Positions 20,369-30,396 of a DNA stretch of 64,000 bases are shown in pieces (position 1 is the stretch's first letter; each line of letters opens with the position of its first letter). The notes below the pieces were generated by a model. It was given only the letters and a program-made list of their open reading frames with translations, made no database searches and had not been told where the DNA came from. A program made the position numbers and the translations under genes. Source of the stretch: an uncultured Anaerolineales bacterium (GTDB taxonomy: Bacteria > Chloroflexota > Anaerolineae > UBA7937 > B3-Chlor); NCBI GenBank assembly GCA_964433755.1, contig CAYSSR010000002.1, forward strand, positions 278,351 to 342,350. Direction: 5' to 3'.

Positions 20369-21174
20369 GATTGCTTCCTCTTGGCCACTACTCCTGACAC
20401 CCCACTCAGGCCGCCGGAGACGGACAGTACCTCCCCGGTGATGTGAGAAGACTCGTCGCTGACGAGGAAGATGACCGCCTTCGCAACATCATCCGGCTCC
20501 ACCCACCGTCCCAGAGGAATCGATGCCGCGACCGCCTCCACCATCTGTGCCTCGTCGGTTCCCGCCCAAGCCGCCCGCTGGCTCATCACCTTGCGGTTAA
20601 AGTCCGTGTACACCGGTCCCGGACAGATCGTATTGACGTTGACGTGATACGGAGCCAACTCGTAGGCCATGCTCTTGGTCAGACTGATGACGCCGGCCTT
20701 CGAAACGTTGTATGCGATACACAGCGGTGCTGGGCTGAGACCGTTGATGGATGAGATGTTGAGAATCTTGCCAGACCCCTTCTCCATGAAGTGTTTGGCC
20801 GCCTGTTGGCAACAGAGCAGAGTTCCCGTGAGGTTTACGGCCATGATCTTGTTCCACTCTTGGAGCGAAAGATCGACGGCCGGCATGATGGTCTGCCCTA
20901 TCCCCGCGTTGTTCACCAAGATGTCCAGGCCACCGAACGTAGCGACCGTTTCCTCTACCATGGAGGCAACAGACTGGGGATCGCTCACGTCTATGCCGAG
21001 CGCCAAGGCCCGTCCCCCAGCTTGCTCGATCACCCGCGCGGCACGTGTCGCCGACTCCAGGTTGAGGTCAGCCACCACTACCGATGCTCCCTCGCCTGCG
21101 ATTCGGGCGGCAATCGCCTCTCCTATCCCCTGTCCGGATCCTGTGACTACTGCTATCTTTCCTTCTAACGACAT
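20365..21174 (-). CDS. SDR family oxidoreductase
   Basis: MSLEGKIAVVTGSGQGIGEA. The start was taken at MSLEGK, which leaves room for the upstream promoter. Confidence 0.85.
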   Translation of the reverse strand: MSLEGKIAVVTGSGQGIGEAIAARIAGEGASVVVADLNLESATRAARVIEQAGGRALALGIDVSDPQSVASMVEETVATFGGLDILVNNAGIGQTIMPAVDLSLQEWNKIMAVNLTGTLLCCQQAAKHFMEKGSGKILNISSINGLSPAPLCIAYNVSKAGVISLTKSMAYELAPYHVNVNTICPGPVYTDFNRKVMSQRAAWAGTDEAQMVEAVAASIPLGRWVEPDDVAKAVIFLVSDESSHITGEVLSVSGGLSGVSGVVAKRKQS

Positions 21175-21261
21175 CCGAACCTCCGTGAAGGTACCCGTGC
21201 GATGCGAACCTCGCACGGGGCCGCGATGACCGCAACAGGTCAGGCGGCCTGACCAATTACC

Positions 21262-21290
21262 AGTATAGCACAACCTCTACCACTTGTCAA
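21262..21290 (-). promoter_or_regulatory. Sigma70-type promoter (minus strand): TTGACA-17-TATACT with TGC extended -10, driving the SDR/dehydrogenase operon
   Basis: Reverse complement reads cTTGACAAGTggtagaggTTGTGCTATACTg. The same CTTGACAAGT...TGTGCTATACT module recurs at the TPP and tRNA-His promoters. Confidence 0.6.
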
Positions 21291-21314
21291 GTACCCAAAT
21301 CCGTCAAACTGACC

Positions 21315-21344
21315 TTGACAAAACCACCCTCCGCGTAGTATAAT
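21315..21344 (+). promoter_or_regulatory. Sigma70-type promoter TTGACA-18-TATAAT for the GntR regulator gene, divergent from the previous promoter
   Basis: The sequence ccTTGACAaaaccaccctccgcgtagTATAATgg lies ~75 nt upstream of the GTG start. Confidence 0.6.
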
Positions 21345-21422
21345 GGATAGAGTTCACTCCAGAATCTGCCAGGTGGCCTGTCCACCACCGCCTGCTGCTG
21401 CCACGTCGGAAGGAGGGATGCC

Positions 21423-22157
21423 GTGCCGCTACAGCGCATCAGTAAGGACAAGTTGTATGTACAGATCATCAAACAGATCCTCCACATGATTAACGAAGAT
21501 GGGTATGACGTTGGACAGCGCTTACCCTCCGAGCGTGATCTGGCAGAGCAACTCGGGGTGAGCCGGCCCTCTGTACGAGAAGCCATAGCAGGTCTGGAAG
21601 TCCTTGGAATCGTGGAGACACGGATCGGCTCCGGCATCGTGGTCCGAGATCTGGCTGCCTTGGACCGAGACCAAGCATCTCCCGCGTTCGCCGAAATAGA
21701 GTTCGCAGAGGATGAGAGCCCCTATGAGATCATGGCCGTCAGGGAGATACTGGAGACCGGCGCGATCAGAATGGCTGTCGAGCGGGCCACCGAGCAGGAC
21801 CTGGAGGACATCAGAGTCGCTCTGGAGGCTATGATCGCCGCGGCCCAGTCGTCACAGCAGTATCGCATAGAGCTCGATTTCGACTTCCACCTTGCAGTTG
21901 TCAGGGCATCCCACAACAGTATACTGATCAGGATCATGGAGAGCCTGGGCGAACTCGTTAACCAACGCCTCTACCGTGCTATGATAGACCTCCTACGTCG
22001 TGATCCGGTCCGGGCCGCCATCCAGACAGAGGATCATAGACTAATCTACGAAGCGGTCAAAGAGAGAGACCTCGACAAGGCAGTGGCAAGTATCCAGCGC
22101 CACTCCGATCACTGGTCTCTGCCAGAGTTGGAGGATGTCCCACCGCCAGAGCTCTGA
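21423..22157 (+). CDS. GntR family transcriptional regulator (FadR/FCD subfamily)
   Basis: RLPSERDLAEQLGVSRPSVREAIAGLEVLGIV helix-turn-helix and an FCD C-terminal domain. GTG start with a GGAGGG ribosome-binding site. Confidence 0.85.
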   Translation: MPLQRISKDKLYVQIIKQILHMINEDGYDVGQRLPSERDLAEQLGVSRPSVREAIAGLEVLGIVETRIGSGIVVRDLAALDRDQASPAFAEIEFAEDESPYEIMAVREILETGAIRMAVERATEQDLEDIRVALEAMIAAAQSSQQYRIELDFDFHLAVVRASHNSILIRIMESLGELVNQRLYRAMIDLLRRDPVRAAIQTEDHRLIYEAVKERDLDKAVASIQRHSDHWSLPELEDVPPPEL

Positions 22158-22409
22158 CTGCCGAACCGCATGACTCCTTCCACTACACCGTCCGAGCCCG
22201 GGACGTTTGGTCTGACCCCAAGCTAGTGCCAGCGGCGGAAAGGTAACCCATTGACCATGGAAAACGCAAGATCGCCGCAGTGGATGCAGCGAAGCGCGGC
22301 GAGCCATCTCCGCCGATACGATTCTTGCCCCCAGGTTCAAGGAGATTGCGCGAACTGACTGGCAGGAGGCCGTGGTACGGAGCCCCGATAGGGAGAAGAG
22401 GAACGAAGA

Positions 22410-23444
22410 ATGAAAGCCGTAGTGCTGTACGACCGCAAGGACGGCTGTGTGGAGCTAAGAGACGTCCCCCGTCCTCAGATCAAAGAGGACGAGGTCCTGG
22501 TCCAGGTCAGCTTCGTAGGTGTATGTGGCAGTGATATCCACATCTACCACAATGAGGTCACGTACCAAGTCCTTCCACCTCTGATTCTGGGCCACGAATT
22601 CTCTGGAGTCGTGATCGAGAAGGGGAAGCGAGTGACCACCGTTGACCTAGGGGACAAGGTGACCGCAGAGACACACGCCTACATCTGTGGCTCCTGCCAG
22701 TACTGCCACTCGGGGCAGTACAACCTGTGCCCGTCCCGACGAGGGTACGGCTTCGGCGAAGACGGGGCCTTCGCCGAGTACGTGACCGTCCCGGAGAGGA
22801 TCCTCCATCGCATCCCCGATGGCGTCACCATGGAAGAGGCTGCCGTGACCGAGCCAGCGTGTGTAGCCTACAACGCACTAGTCGAAAAGACGACGATCCG
22901 GCCGGGTGACCTGGTCGTCATCCTGGGTCCCGGCCCTATTGGCCTCCTGTGCCTCGAAATGGCGCAGCTCGCCGGCGCCGGCAGGACCGTGGTCTCGGGA
23001 GTATCTCGGGACGCGGCGCGCCTCGAACTGGCGAGTGATCTCGGTGCCGATCACGTCGTTGATGCAGAGACGGCCGATCCCGTGGCCCTCGTTCGTGAAC
23101 TGAGCAGCGGGGCAGGGGCCGACATCGTCGTCGACGCCGCCGGACCCTCCCACACGCTTCGTCAGAGCCTCGATATGGTTCGCAGAAACGGGCAGATCAC
23201 GAAGATCGGGTGGGGACCCGATCCAGTCAACTTCAGCTTGGATCCTATCATCGAGAAGTGCATTACGCTGCAAGGGTCGTTCAGCCACACGTGGCCCACC
23301 TGGGAGCGCTGTTTGCAGCTCATGGCGCTGGGCAAGCTGAGGACCAGGCCGCTCATCAGTCACCAGTTGCCGCTGACACAATGGCGAGAAGCTTTCCAAA
23401 TGGTCGAGGACGCCACGGCGGTCAAGGTACTGCTACAGCCATGA
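22410..23444 (+). CDS. Zinc-dependent medium-chain dehydrogenase (sorbitol/threonine dehydrogenase-like)
   Basis: GVCGSDIH, GHEFSG, and GPGPIGL Rossmann motif. Confidence 0.85.
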   Translation: MKAVVLYDRKDGCVELRDVPRPQIKEDEVLVQVSFVGVCGSDIHIYHNEVTYQVLPPLILGHEFSGVVIEKGKRVTTVDLGDKVTAETHAYICGSCQYCHSGQYNLCPSRRGYGFGEDGAFAEYVTVPERILHRIPDGVTMEEAAVTEPACVAYNALVEKTTIRPGDLVVILGPGPIGLLCLEMAQLAGAGRTVVSGVSRDAARLELASDLGADHVVDAETADPVALVRELSSGAGADIVVDAAGPSHTLRQSLDMVRRNGQITKIGWGPDPVNFSLDPIIEKCITLQGSFSHTWPTWERCLQLMALGKLRTRPLISHQLPLTQWREAFQMVEDATAVKVLLQP

Positions 23445-23546
23445 CAGCCCTGTCGTGAGGAGCCGCACATCAGGCCCCTGCCGGCAGGCGCGCAACGAGG
23501 CAAACCGGTACATGAGCCGTCAGGCGCACGGGAAGGAAGTCACCAC

Positions 23547-24152
23547 GTGATTGAGGAAAGAGAGCGTATCGCCAAAGAGATCTGTGCCATATCCGGAAGG
23601 TTGGCTCAACGAGGGTGGTGCCCAGCCGCCAGCGGCAACATCAGCGCTCGACTTCCGGGCACGGCTCACATCCTCACGAAGATCACCGGCAGGAGCATGT
23701 ACGGGCTGGAGGCGTGCGATCTGGTGGAGATCGATCTGGACGGCAATCAACTGGACGGGGAAGGTCCTCCCACCAAAGAGTGGCGCTTTCACGCCGGGAT
23801 CTACCGGTGCCGGCCAGAGGTGAATGCAGTCGTCCACGTTCACTCACCAGCCGCAACGGGCTTCGCGGTGGCGGGAGTGGAGCCGCCTCTCGTGACGGCC
23901 CCAGCGAAGGCCCAGTTCGGCCGTATCGCTATCCTTCCCCCCGCTGCTCCCGGCTCGGTAGAGCTGGCACGAAGCGTCACCGATGCCTTCGAGGATGTGT
24001 CCACAAAGGCCGTCTTACTGGCAGGCCATGGCGTCGTGGTCGTCGGAAAGACGTTGTTCGACGCGTGGTGCCTGGCGGAGCTGGTGGAAGACAACGCCAA
24101 GGTCGCCGTGCTCGCTGATTGGCTTGAGGCCCGACGAGCGAAGAAGGGATAG
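23547..24152 (+). CDS. Class II aldolase/adducin family protein (fuculose-phosphate aldolase / ribulose-5-P 4-epimerase-like)
   Basis: SGNISAR...H.H pattern. Length 201 aa. Confidence 0.75.
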   Translation: MIEERERIAKEICAISGRLAQRGWCPAASGNISARLPGTAHILTKITGRSMYGLEACDLVEIDLDGNQLDGEGPPTKEWRFHAGIYRCRPEVNAVVHVHSPAATGFAVAGVEPPLVTAPAKAQFGRIAILPPAAPGSVELARSVTDAFEDVSTKAVLLAGHGVVVVGKTLFDAWCLAELVEDNAKVAVLADWLEARRAKKG

Positions 24153-24155
24153 GCA

Positions 24156-25694
24156 ATGGCGGACAAGTATCTATTGGGCGTTGACGTTGGGTCCATGGGC
24201 ATGAAGACGGCTCTCGTCGATCTCTCCGGCCAGATCGTGGCACGTACGACCTACGAGTATCCTATTCTTCACCCGGAGCCCGGAGCAGCCGTGCACGATG
24301 TGCACACCTGGCTGAGAGCACTGAAGAAGACCATCGGCGCAGTGCTCCGCACGGCAGGGATTTCGCCCCGCAGCATCCTGGGTGTAGGCATAGACTGTCT
24401 TTGTCCGTCTCTCATCTGCATGGACAGAAACGGGGAGCCCCTTCATCCCTCCATCTTCTTCATGGACCGACGAAGCATCCAACACGCCGCCATGCTCGAG
24501 CAACTGATTGGTGAAGAGGATCTGTTTCGTATCACGGGGAATCGTGTCGCACCCTCAGCGTTCTCTGCCCCCATTCTGCTCTGGCTCATGGACAGCAGGC
24601 CCAAGGTGTTCGCCCGCACTCACAAGTTCGTTCACGCCAATGGCTTCATAGCCCACTACTTGACCGGTCGGTACACGATGGACTGGACGAACGCCTCTCT
24701 CACTCAACTGTTCGACGTCGGGAACCGCAGTTGGGACACCACAATCGTGGACCGCCTGGGAGTGTCTGTGGACAAGCTCCCAGATCTGGTAGCGCCCTGG
24801 GAACCCATAGGAGAGGTGCACGAGCAAGCCGCAGCAGAAACAGGGCTGGCCCCGGGCACAGTCGTTGTGGGCGGAGGGGCAGACACAGCCTGCGCTGCCC
24901 TGGGACTTGGATGTGTCGGCCCTGGGGACAGCATAGATGATGCGGGCACTGCCACCAAGCTGGCGGTCACCATCGACGCACCCCGTTTCATCAAAGAGAC
25001 GATGAATCGGTGCCACGTGGTCCCCGACCGCTGGCTACTGGTGGCGCCCTCGAGCGCCACTGGGGCAGCGCTACGATGGTTCCGAGAACAATTCGGTGAT
25101 CGAGAGGAGGAGGCAGCCCGCAACAACTCGACCACTCCCTACGCATTGATGGCGCAAGAGGCTGGCGAGTCCGCCATCGGCGCCAATGGGCTCGTCTTTC
25201 TGCCCTATCTGGCCCCCGGGGGCGAGCGCTCGCCGATATGGGACCCATCAGCGCGCGGTGTGCTCTTTGGCCTCACTCTTGCCCATACGCGGCAGGACGT
25301 GCTGCGCGCGGTCTTCGAAGCCTCGGCCTACGCCCTGCGAGACAACGTGGACACGATCGAGTCCCAAGGCATCCATGTGGACAAGCTGCGGGTATCGGGA
25401 GGTCAAAACAAGAGTGAATTCTGGAGGCAGCTCAAGGCCAACGTGACCGGCAAGCCAATCGAACTGACGCAGTACGCCGAAGACGCAACTGCGTTTGGAG
25501 CATCGATACTGGCACGGGTCGGTGTGGGAGAGTTCTCCAGCCCTGAGGATGTGACTTCGCTGATCAGAGTCGTTGAGTCAGTCACGCCAGAGCCGCATCA
25601 GCACGACCAATACACGGCGTATTTCCACCTGTATAGAGAAGTGTACCAGAACCTCCGCGGTAGTTACGAGTACCTGTCGGAGCTTCGAAGCTAG
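24156..25694 (+). CDS. FGGY-family carbohydrate kinase (xylulokinase-like)
   Basis: LGVDVGSMGMKTALVD N-terminus, the FGGY_N/C architecture, and a length of 512 aa. Confidence 0.85.
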   Translation: MADKYLLGVDVGSMGMKTALVDLSGQIVARTTYEYPILHPEPGAAVHDVHTWLRALKKTIGAVLRTAGISPRSILGVGIDCLCPSLICMDRNGEPLHPSIFFMDRRSIQHAAMLEQLIGEEDLFRITGNRVAPSAFSAPILLWLMDSRPKVFARTHKFVHANGFIAHYLTGRYTMDWTNASLTQLFDVGNRSWDTTIVDRLGVSVDKLPDLVAPWEPIGEVHEQAAAETGLAPGTVVVGGGADTACAALGLGCVGPGDSIDDAGTATKLAVTIDAPRFIKETMNRCHVVPDRWLLVAPSSATGAALRWFREQFGDREEEAARNNSTTPYALMAQEAGESAIGANGLVFLPYLAPGGERSPIWDPSARGVLFGLTLAHTRQDVLRAVFEASAYALRDNVDTIESQGIHVDKLRVSGGQNKSEFWRQLKANVTGKPIELTQYAEDATAFGASILARVGVGEFSSPEDVTSLIRVVESVTPEPHQHDQYTAYFHLYREVYQNLRGSYEYLSELRS

Positions 25695-25971
25695 AGCGAG
25701 CAGAACGGGATCACCATTCCTGCACGCGACTCTGCAGTTCGGAGCATGACGGAGACCTTCCCATCCGGCGGGCCTGCACTGGTCCGGTCCGCGCCAACCT
25801 CGCTCGCGAGACAGCAGGAGTGGAACAGTCTGCGCTTCAAGAGCGCCTCTCTCCCCTGACCACTTGCGAAGCAGCCATCTGCTTGTCCCGTGCTCCGGTC
25901 GTCTTTCCACCCATAGATCGGGACCCGAGCCAGTGCTTGCGGTGTCCAGACTCCTGAACTGAGCGCTTGAC

Positions 25972-26000
25972 TTGACCCTCGCCGCAAAACGCCCTATAAT
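25972..26000 (+). promoter_or_regulatory. Sigma70-type promoter TTGACC-17-TATAAT upstream of the FAD-oxidase/GlcF-like pair
   Basis: The sequence gcgcTTGACTTGACCctcgccgcaaaacgcccTATAATc. Confidence 0.55.
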
Positions 26001-26040
26001 CTTGCGCGTGTCCGATGGCCTTCGTCGAGATGAGGGCAAC

Positions 26041-27510
26041 ATGATCGACAACGAGAAGTCCGAGCAGGCTTTTCAGCAACTGCAAGCGGTCCTCGGGCAG
26101 AGAGCCACCAGAGAGAAGACTCACCGCCTCGGCTACAGCCGCGATTGGAGCCCCCGCCACCGATCCCACGTCGACCTACCCGACGTCGTGGTCGCGCCCA
26201 AGACCACCGACGAGGTGGTGGAGATCGTGAAGATCGCCTACCGTCACCGGATCCCCATCGTGCCCTTCGCAGGCGGCACGGGCATGGGTGGAGGCGTAGC
26301 GGCCTGGAAGGGCGGCATCGTTATCGAGACCAAGGGCCTCAACCAGATCCTGGAGCTGGACGAGGCCAACATGATGATCACCGTGCAAGCTGGTCTCAGC
26401 ATCTGGGAGCTTAACGAGGCACTGGCCCGCAGTGGCCTGTGGTTTCCCCACCAGCCAGAGAGCAAGAGGGTCTGCACCATAGGTGCCTCCATCGGCTGCG
26501 ACAACGATTCCACCTTCGGCTTGCGCTACGGGAAGATCCTCGACGTCTTGAGCAACGTGGTGATGGTCACCGGAGAGGGAGAGGCTGTGCGTTTCGGCCG
26601 ACGCAAAGCCGCCTTCACCTCCAGTGGCTACAAGCTGCTGGACCTCATCGTCGGCTCCGAAGGGACCTTGGGGGTAGTCACAGAGGCCACGTTGAGGGTA
26701 TTCCCCTTGCCCGAGACGAGACTGGTGAGGGGCTTCGTTTGCCGCAGTCTCGAAGACGGCATCAGAGCCCTGGAGCGGATGCTGGCGTCGGGCCTGGGCA
26801 TCGAGAGCGCCCACCTCAACTGCCGGCAGCGGCTGCGCTTCTACACCCACGCCTATCGCGAGAAGTACCAGCGCGAACCCGAAATCCCCGATTGGGCCGA
26901 GGCTATTCTGTTCCTCTCCTTTGCCGGCGACAGGGACGTGGTCGACTTCAGCACCGACAAAGCGACGTCCATCCTCCTGAAGCAGTACTCCGCCGTGCCG
27001 GTCAGGGAGCAGGAGATGGTCGATGGCTGGTGGGCTTCCAAACACAGCCTCGAGTTCATCCCCTTCAAGCAGAAGTGGCCCGACAGCCAGCGCCAGAAGA
27101 AGTTCGGGGCCGCGGACATTGGACTGCCCATCGGCCGGGTGGAGGAAGCCTACCAGCGCTTCCTCGAGATCGCAGCGAAATGGCACCAGGACATCCTGGG
27201 CATGACCGTCTACAACGAATCGCCCAACAAGCCCACGGCGAGCATCAGCTTCGCCCTTTTCGTGGACGACTCCACCGAGGAGAGTGTCGCCGACTTCTAC
27301 AACTACGTGCGAGAGATGAGCGCCATGGCGGTGGAGATGGAAGGCACCATGAGTTCGTATATCGGTGACGGGGACCGCCTGGGTGGTTTCAACGAACTGG
27401 AGCACGGCGCGAGCTACGCATACATGAAGCGGATCAAGGAGATGTTCGATCCCGGGGGCATCTTCAACCCAGGCAAGAAGTTCGAATCCAGATGGATAAC
27501 CACACCCTAG
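26041..27510 (+). CDS. FAD-linked oxidase (GlcD/D-lactate dehydrogenase-like)
   Basis: FAD_binding_4 motifs (VPFAGGTGMGGG...GGIVIETKGLN). The start was taken at MIDNEK. Confidence 0.8.
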   Translation: MIDNEKSEQAFQQLQAVLGQRATREKTHRLGYSRDWSPRHRSHVDLPDVVVAPKTTDEVVEIVKIAYRHRIPIVPFAGGTGMGGGVAAWKGGIVIETKGLNQILELDEANMMITVQAGLSIWELNEALARSGLWFPHQPESKRVCTIGASIGCDNDSTFGLRYGKILDVLSNVVMVTGEGEAVRFGRRKAAFTSSGYKLLDLIVGSEGTLGVVTEATLRVFPLPETRLVRGFVCRSLEDGIRALERMLASGLGIESAHLNCRQRLRFYTHAYREKYQREPEIPDWAEAILFLSFAGDRDVVDFSTDKATSILLKQYSAVPVREQEMVDGWWASKHSLEFIPFKQKWPDSQRQKKFGAADIGLPIGRVEEAYQRFLEIAAKWHQDILGMTVYNESPNKPTASISFALFVDDSTEESVADFYNYVREMSAMAVEMEGTMSSYIGDGDRLGGFNELEHGASYAYMKRIKEMFDPGGIFNPGKKFESRWITTP

Positions 27511-28571
27511 AGCAGTACGCCGAGGAGATCTACACCTGTAACCGCAGCCGCTGTGGCTTCTGCGTCAGCGACTGCCCGGTCTACCGGGTCAAGGGCTTCG
27601 AGGCCTACACCAGCCGGGGCAAGATGATGATCGCCAGGGGTCTGTTAGAAGGACTCGTCGAGCCTACGGCGGAGATGCAGGAGATCCTGGAAGGCTGCCT
27701 GCTCTGCGGCTACTGCCAGGCTCGCTGTGCTCTCACCAACGTGGAGATCTTCACCCTCTTGAGACAGCGCCTGGCGGAGCAAGGACTCGCTGCCCCTGAG
27801 CACGAAGAAAAGGTAGCCAGGATAGTGGAGCGGGGCCTGCTCTTCGACCGCCCAGCTCCCATCAAGCGAGACGGCACGGTGCCCCTCTACCTGGGATGCC
27901 TCTACCAGAGCAAGCCGGTCGAGACACGGACCATCATCTCCGTCCTGGAGCGGTGCGGACTTGACCCCCTGGTCGTCGATGAGACCTGCTGTGGCTACTT
28001 CGCCGAGGCCACCGGCTTCGGCACCCAGTTCGAGCGTATCCAGGAGCGCTTCAGAGAAGGCTACGGAGACCACGCCGATCAGGAGATCCTGACCCTGTGC
28101 CCCACCTGCACGGTCACCCTGCGGGAGAAGTACGGTCTGAACGTCAAGCACGCCATCGTCGCCGTGGCGGAGAGGATAGACCGGCTGAGCCCGCGCCAGC
28201 TGGAATTGAAGGCCGCTTACCACGACCCGTGCCACCTGGGCCGGATGCTGGGCATCTTCGAGGAACCCAGAGCCATTCTGCGCGCGCTGGGAGTGGACTT
28301 GGTGGAGATGGAACACAACCGCTTCTTCTCCACCTGTTGCGGCGGAGGCGGTGGCGTGGCGGATACCGACCCGTCCCTGGCCCTGGAGGTCTCCAAGAAC
28401 CGCGTTCGCGATGCTCTACAAGTGGGAGTGGAGAGCATAGTCACGGTCTGCCCTACCTGCGAGCCCACCCTGCTGCGAGGGGCAAGCCGGCTGGCCAACG
28501 AGGCAGACGTGTTCGTCGATGTGCGCGGCCTCTGGGACCTGCTAGACGAGGCCCTCCCTCCTTCGGAGTAG
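27492..28571 (+). CDS. Fe-S oxidoreductase with two CCG (cysteine-rich) domains, GlcF/HdrD-like
   Basis: CxxCxxCxxxCP ferredoxin motifs and two CCG domains. It overlaps the upstream gene by 19 nt, which suggests translational coupling. Confidence 0.8.
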   Translation: MDNHTLEQYAEEIYTCNRSRCGFCVSDCPVYRVKGFEAYTSRGKMMIARGLLEGLVEPTAEMQEILEGCLLCGYCQARCALTNVEIFTLLRQRLAEQGLAAPEHEEKVARIVERGLLFDRPAPIKRDGTVPLYLGCLYQSKPVETRTIISVLERCGLDPLVVDETCCGYFAEATGFGTQFERIQERFREGYGDHADQEILTLCPTCTVTLREKYGLNVKHAIVAVAERIDRLSPRQLELKAAYHDPCHLGRMLGIFEEPRAILRALGVDLVEMEHNRFFSTCCGGGGGVADTDPSLALEVSKNRVRDALQVGVESIVTVCPTCEPTLLRGASRLANEADVFVDVRGLWDLLDEALPPSE

Positions 28572-28734
28572 CCTCTGCCCCCCTCCCGCCAGATAGCCGG
28601 ACCAGGTACAGCCAGCCGCACCTAGGCTTGTCTTGCTTGCGTCCTTTGGGCGAGGACAGAGCTTGAGAGAGTCAACTCGACCCCACGGCCGCAAGTGAGG
28701 AGGTCAAGAGGCTGGCCCTACGTGACAACCCCTC

Positions 28735-29136
28735 TCACTCGTCGTCTTCGCTTGGTTCCTGTGCAGGCTTCCCTTGTTTGCCCCAGTAGTCTTCTATCGC
28801 CGCTCGGACGGCGTCGGCGGCCAGATTAGAGCAATGCATCTTCTGCGCGGGCAACCCTCCCAGTGCTTCAGCCACCGCCTTGTTGGAGAGCTTGACCGCT
28901 TCCTCGACGGGTTTCCCTTTGATCATCTCCGTGGCGATGCTGCTGGTGGCAATGGCGGCGCCGCAGCCGAACGTGCGGAACTTGACGTCGTCGATACGGT
29001 CGTCCTTCACCTTGATGAACATCTCCATCACGTCGCCGCACATGGGGTTCCCGACCTTACCCACTCCGTCGGCGTCCTCGATGACACCCACATTGTGGGG
29101 ATTGCTGAAATGCTGCATGACCAGTTCGGAATACAT
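28735..29136 (-). CDS. iscU: Fe-S cluster assembly scaffold NifU/IscU N-terminal domain
   Basis: NPHNVG...GNPMCGDVMEM...FRTFGCGAAIA motif. Confidence 0.85.
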   Translation of the reverse strand: MYSELVMQHFSNPHNVGVIEDADGVGKVGNPMCGDVMEMFIKVKDDRIDDVKFRTFGCGAAIATSSIATEMIKGKPVEEAVKLSNKAVAEALGGLPAQKMHCSNLAADAVRAAIEDYWGKQGKPAQEPSEDDE

Positions 29137-29170
29137 CTCTGCCTTTCTCTCCTTGCTAGCAAGAAGCCCG

Positions 29171-30346
29171 TCAGCCCTCATACAGAGGTGACATGGCCCG
29201 TAGTCGTTCTATGATGCCAGGGAGGACCTTCAACACCCGGTCCACGTCCTCTTCGGTGTTCTCGTGCCCCAGAGTCAGACGGACGGTGCCTCGCGCCATA
29301 CCTGGCTCCACTCCCATCGCCAACAGCACGTGGGACGGATCGGAGGAGCCAGTCGCGCACGCGGAGCCGCTGGAAGCTGCAATACCCTCCATGTCCAGTC
29401 CTAGCAGTATGCCCTCGCCCTCTACGTGCTCGAAAGCGATGTTGACGTTATTGGGCAGACGATTCTCAGGGTGGCCCATCAAGGCACAGTGGTCCACCTC
29501 GGAAAGCACGCCCTCTATCAGACGGTCTCGAAGCCCCGCCAGCCGCCGCGTTTCTTCGCACCTCCACCCCTCAACCAGCTTCAATGCGGTCGCCAGTCCC
29601 ACAATCTCGGCCACGTTCTCCGTGCCTGAGCGGCGGCCGCTCTCGTGCCCGCCGCCCGTCTGGCACGGCAGCAGGTCCACACCCTCTCGCACGTACAACA
29701 CCCCCACCCCTTTCGGCGCGTAGAACTTGTGGCCCGAGAGGCTGAGGAGGTCAACGTTCAACTCGTCTACATCCAGGCTCAGAGAGCCCGCGGCTTGTAC
29801 CGCATCCGTGTGGAAAGGGATACCGTGGCTACGAGCGATCCTTCCTATCTCAGAGATCGGCTCGACCGTGCCCATCTCGTTGTTCGCGTACATAACACTG
29901 ATCAGAATGGTGGTATCGGTGATCGCCCGCTCCACGTCCGCCGGATCTACCTGTCCATACTGATCCACGGGCAGATAGGTGACCTCAAAGCCGAACTGTC
30001 TCTCCATTTGCTCCAGTGTGTGGCTCACGGCGTGGTGCTCGATGGATGAAGTAATGATGTGATCGCCCCGGCGCCGGTTCTGCCACGCCACACCTCTGAG
30101 GGCCAGATTGTCGCTTTCCGTCCCACAACTGGTGAAGACTATCTCTCGAGGGCTACAGCAAAGCATCCCGGCCACGTCCGCGCGTGCCTGCTCCAACGCC
30201 TGGTGTGCCTCCCGCCCCAGACTGTGCAGGCTGGAGGCGTTGCCATAGCGCTCACCGAAGTAGGGAAGCATGGCCTCCACCACTTGGGGGTGCACAGACG
30301 TCGTCGCGGCGTGGTCGAGATACAGCACTCTCCTCTCATCCATCAT
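29171..30346 (-). CDS. nifS: Cysteine desulfurase NifS/IscS
   Basis: Aminotransferase class V with the SGHK PLP-Lys and the SSGSACAT catalytic Cys loop. Confidence 0.9.
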   Translation of the reverse strand: MMDERRVLYLDHAATTSVHPQVVEAMLPYFGERYGNASSLHSLGREAHQALEQARADVAGMLCCSPREIVFTSCGTESDNLALRGVAWQNRRRGDHIITSSIEHHAVSHTLEQMERQFGFEVTYLPVDQYGQVDPADVERAITDTTILISVMYANNEMGTVEPISEIGRIARSHGIPFHTDAVQAAGSLSLDVDELNVDLLSLSGHKFYAPKGVGVLYVREGVDLLPCQTGGGHESGRRSGTENVAEIVGLATALKLVEGWRCEETRRLAGLRDRLIEGVLSEVDHCALMGHPENRLPNNVNIAFEHVEGEGILLGLDMEGIAASSGSACATGSSDPSHVLLAMGVEPGMARGTVRLTLGHENTEEDVDRVLKVLPGIIERLRAMSPLYEG

Positions 30347-30396
30347 CGTTCCGCTTCTCCCAGGCTACGAGCCTGCTCCACGAACCTGTGTCTGCC

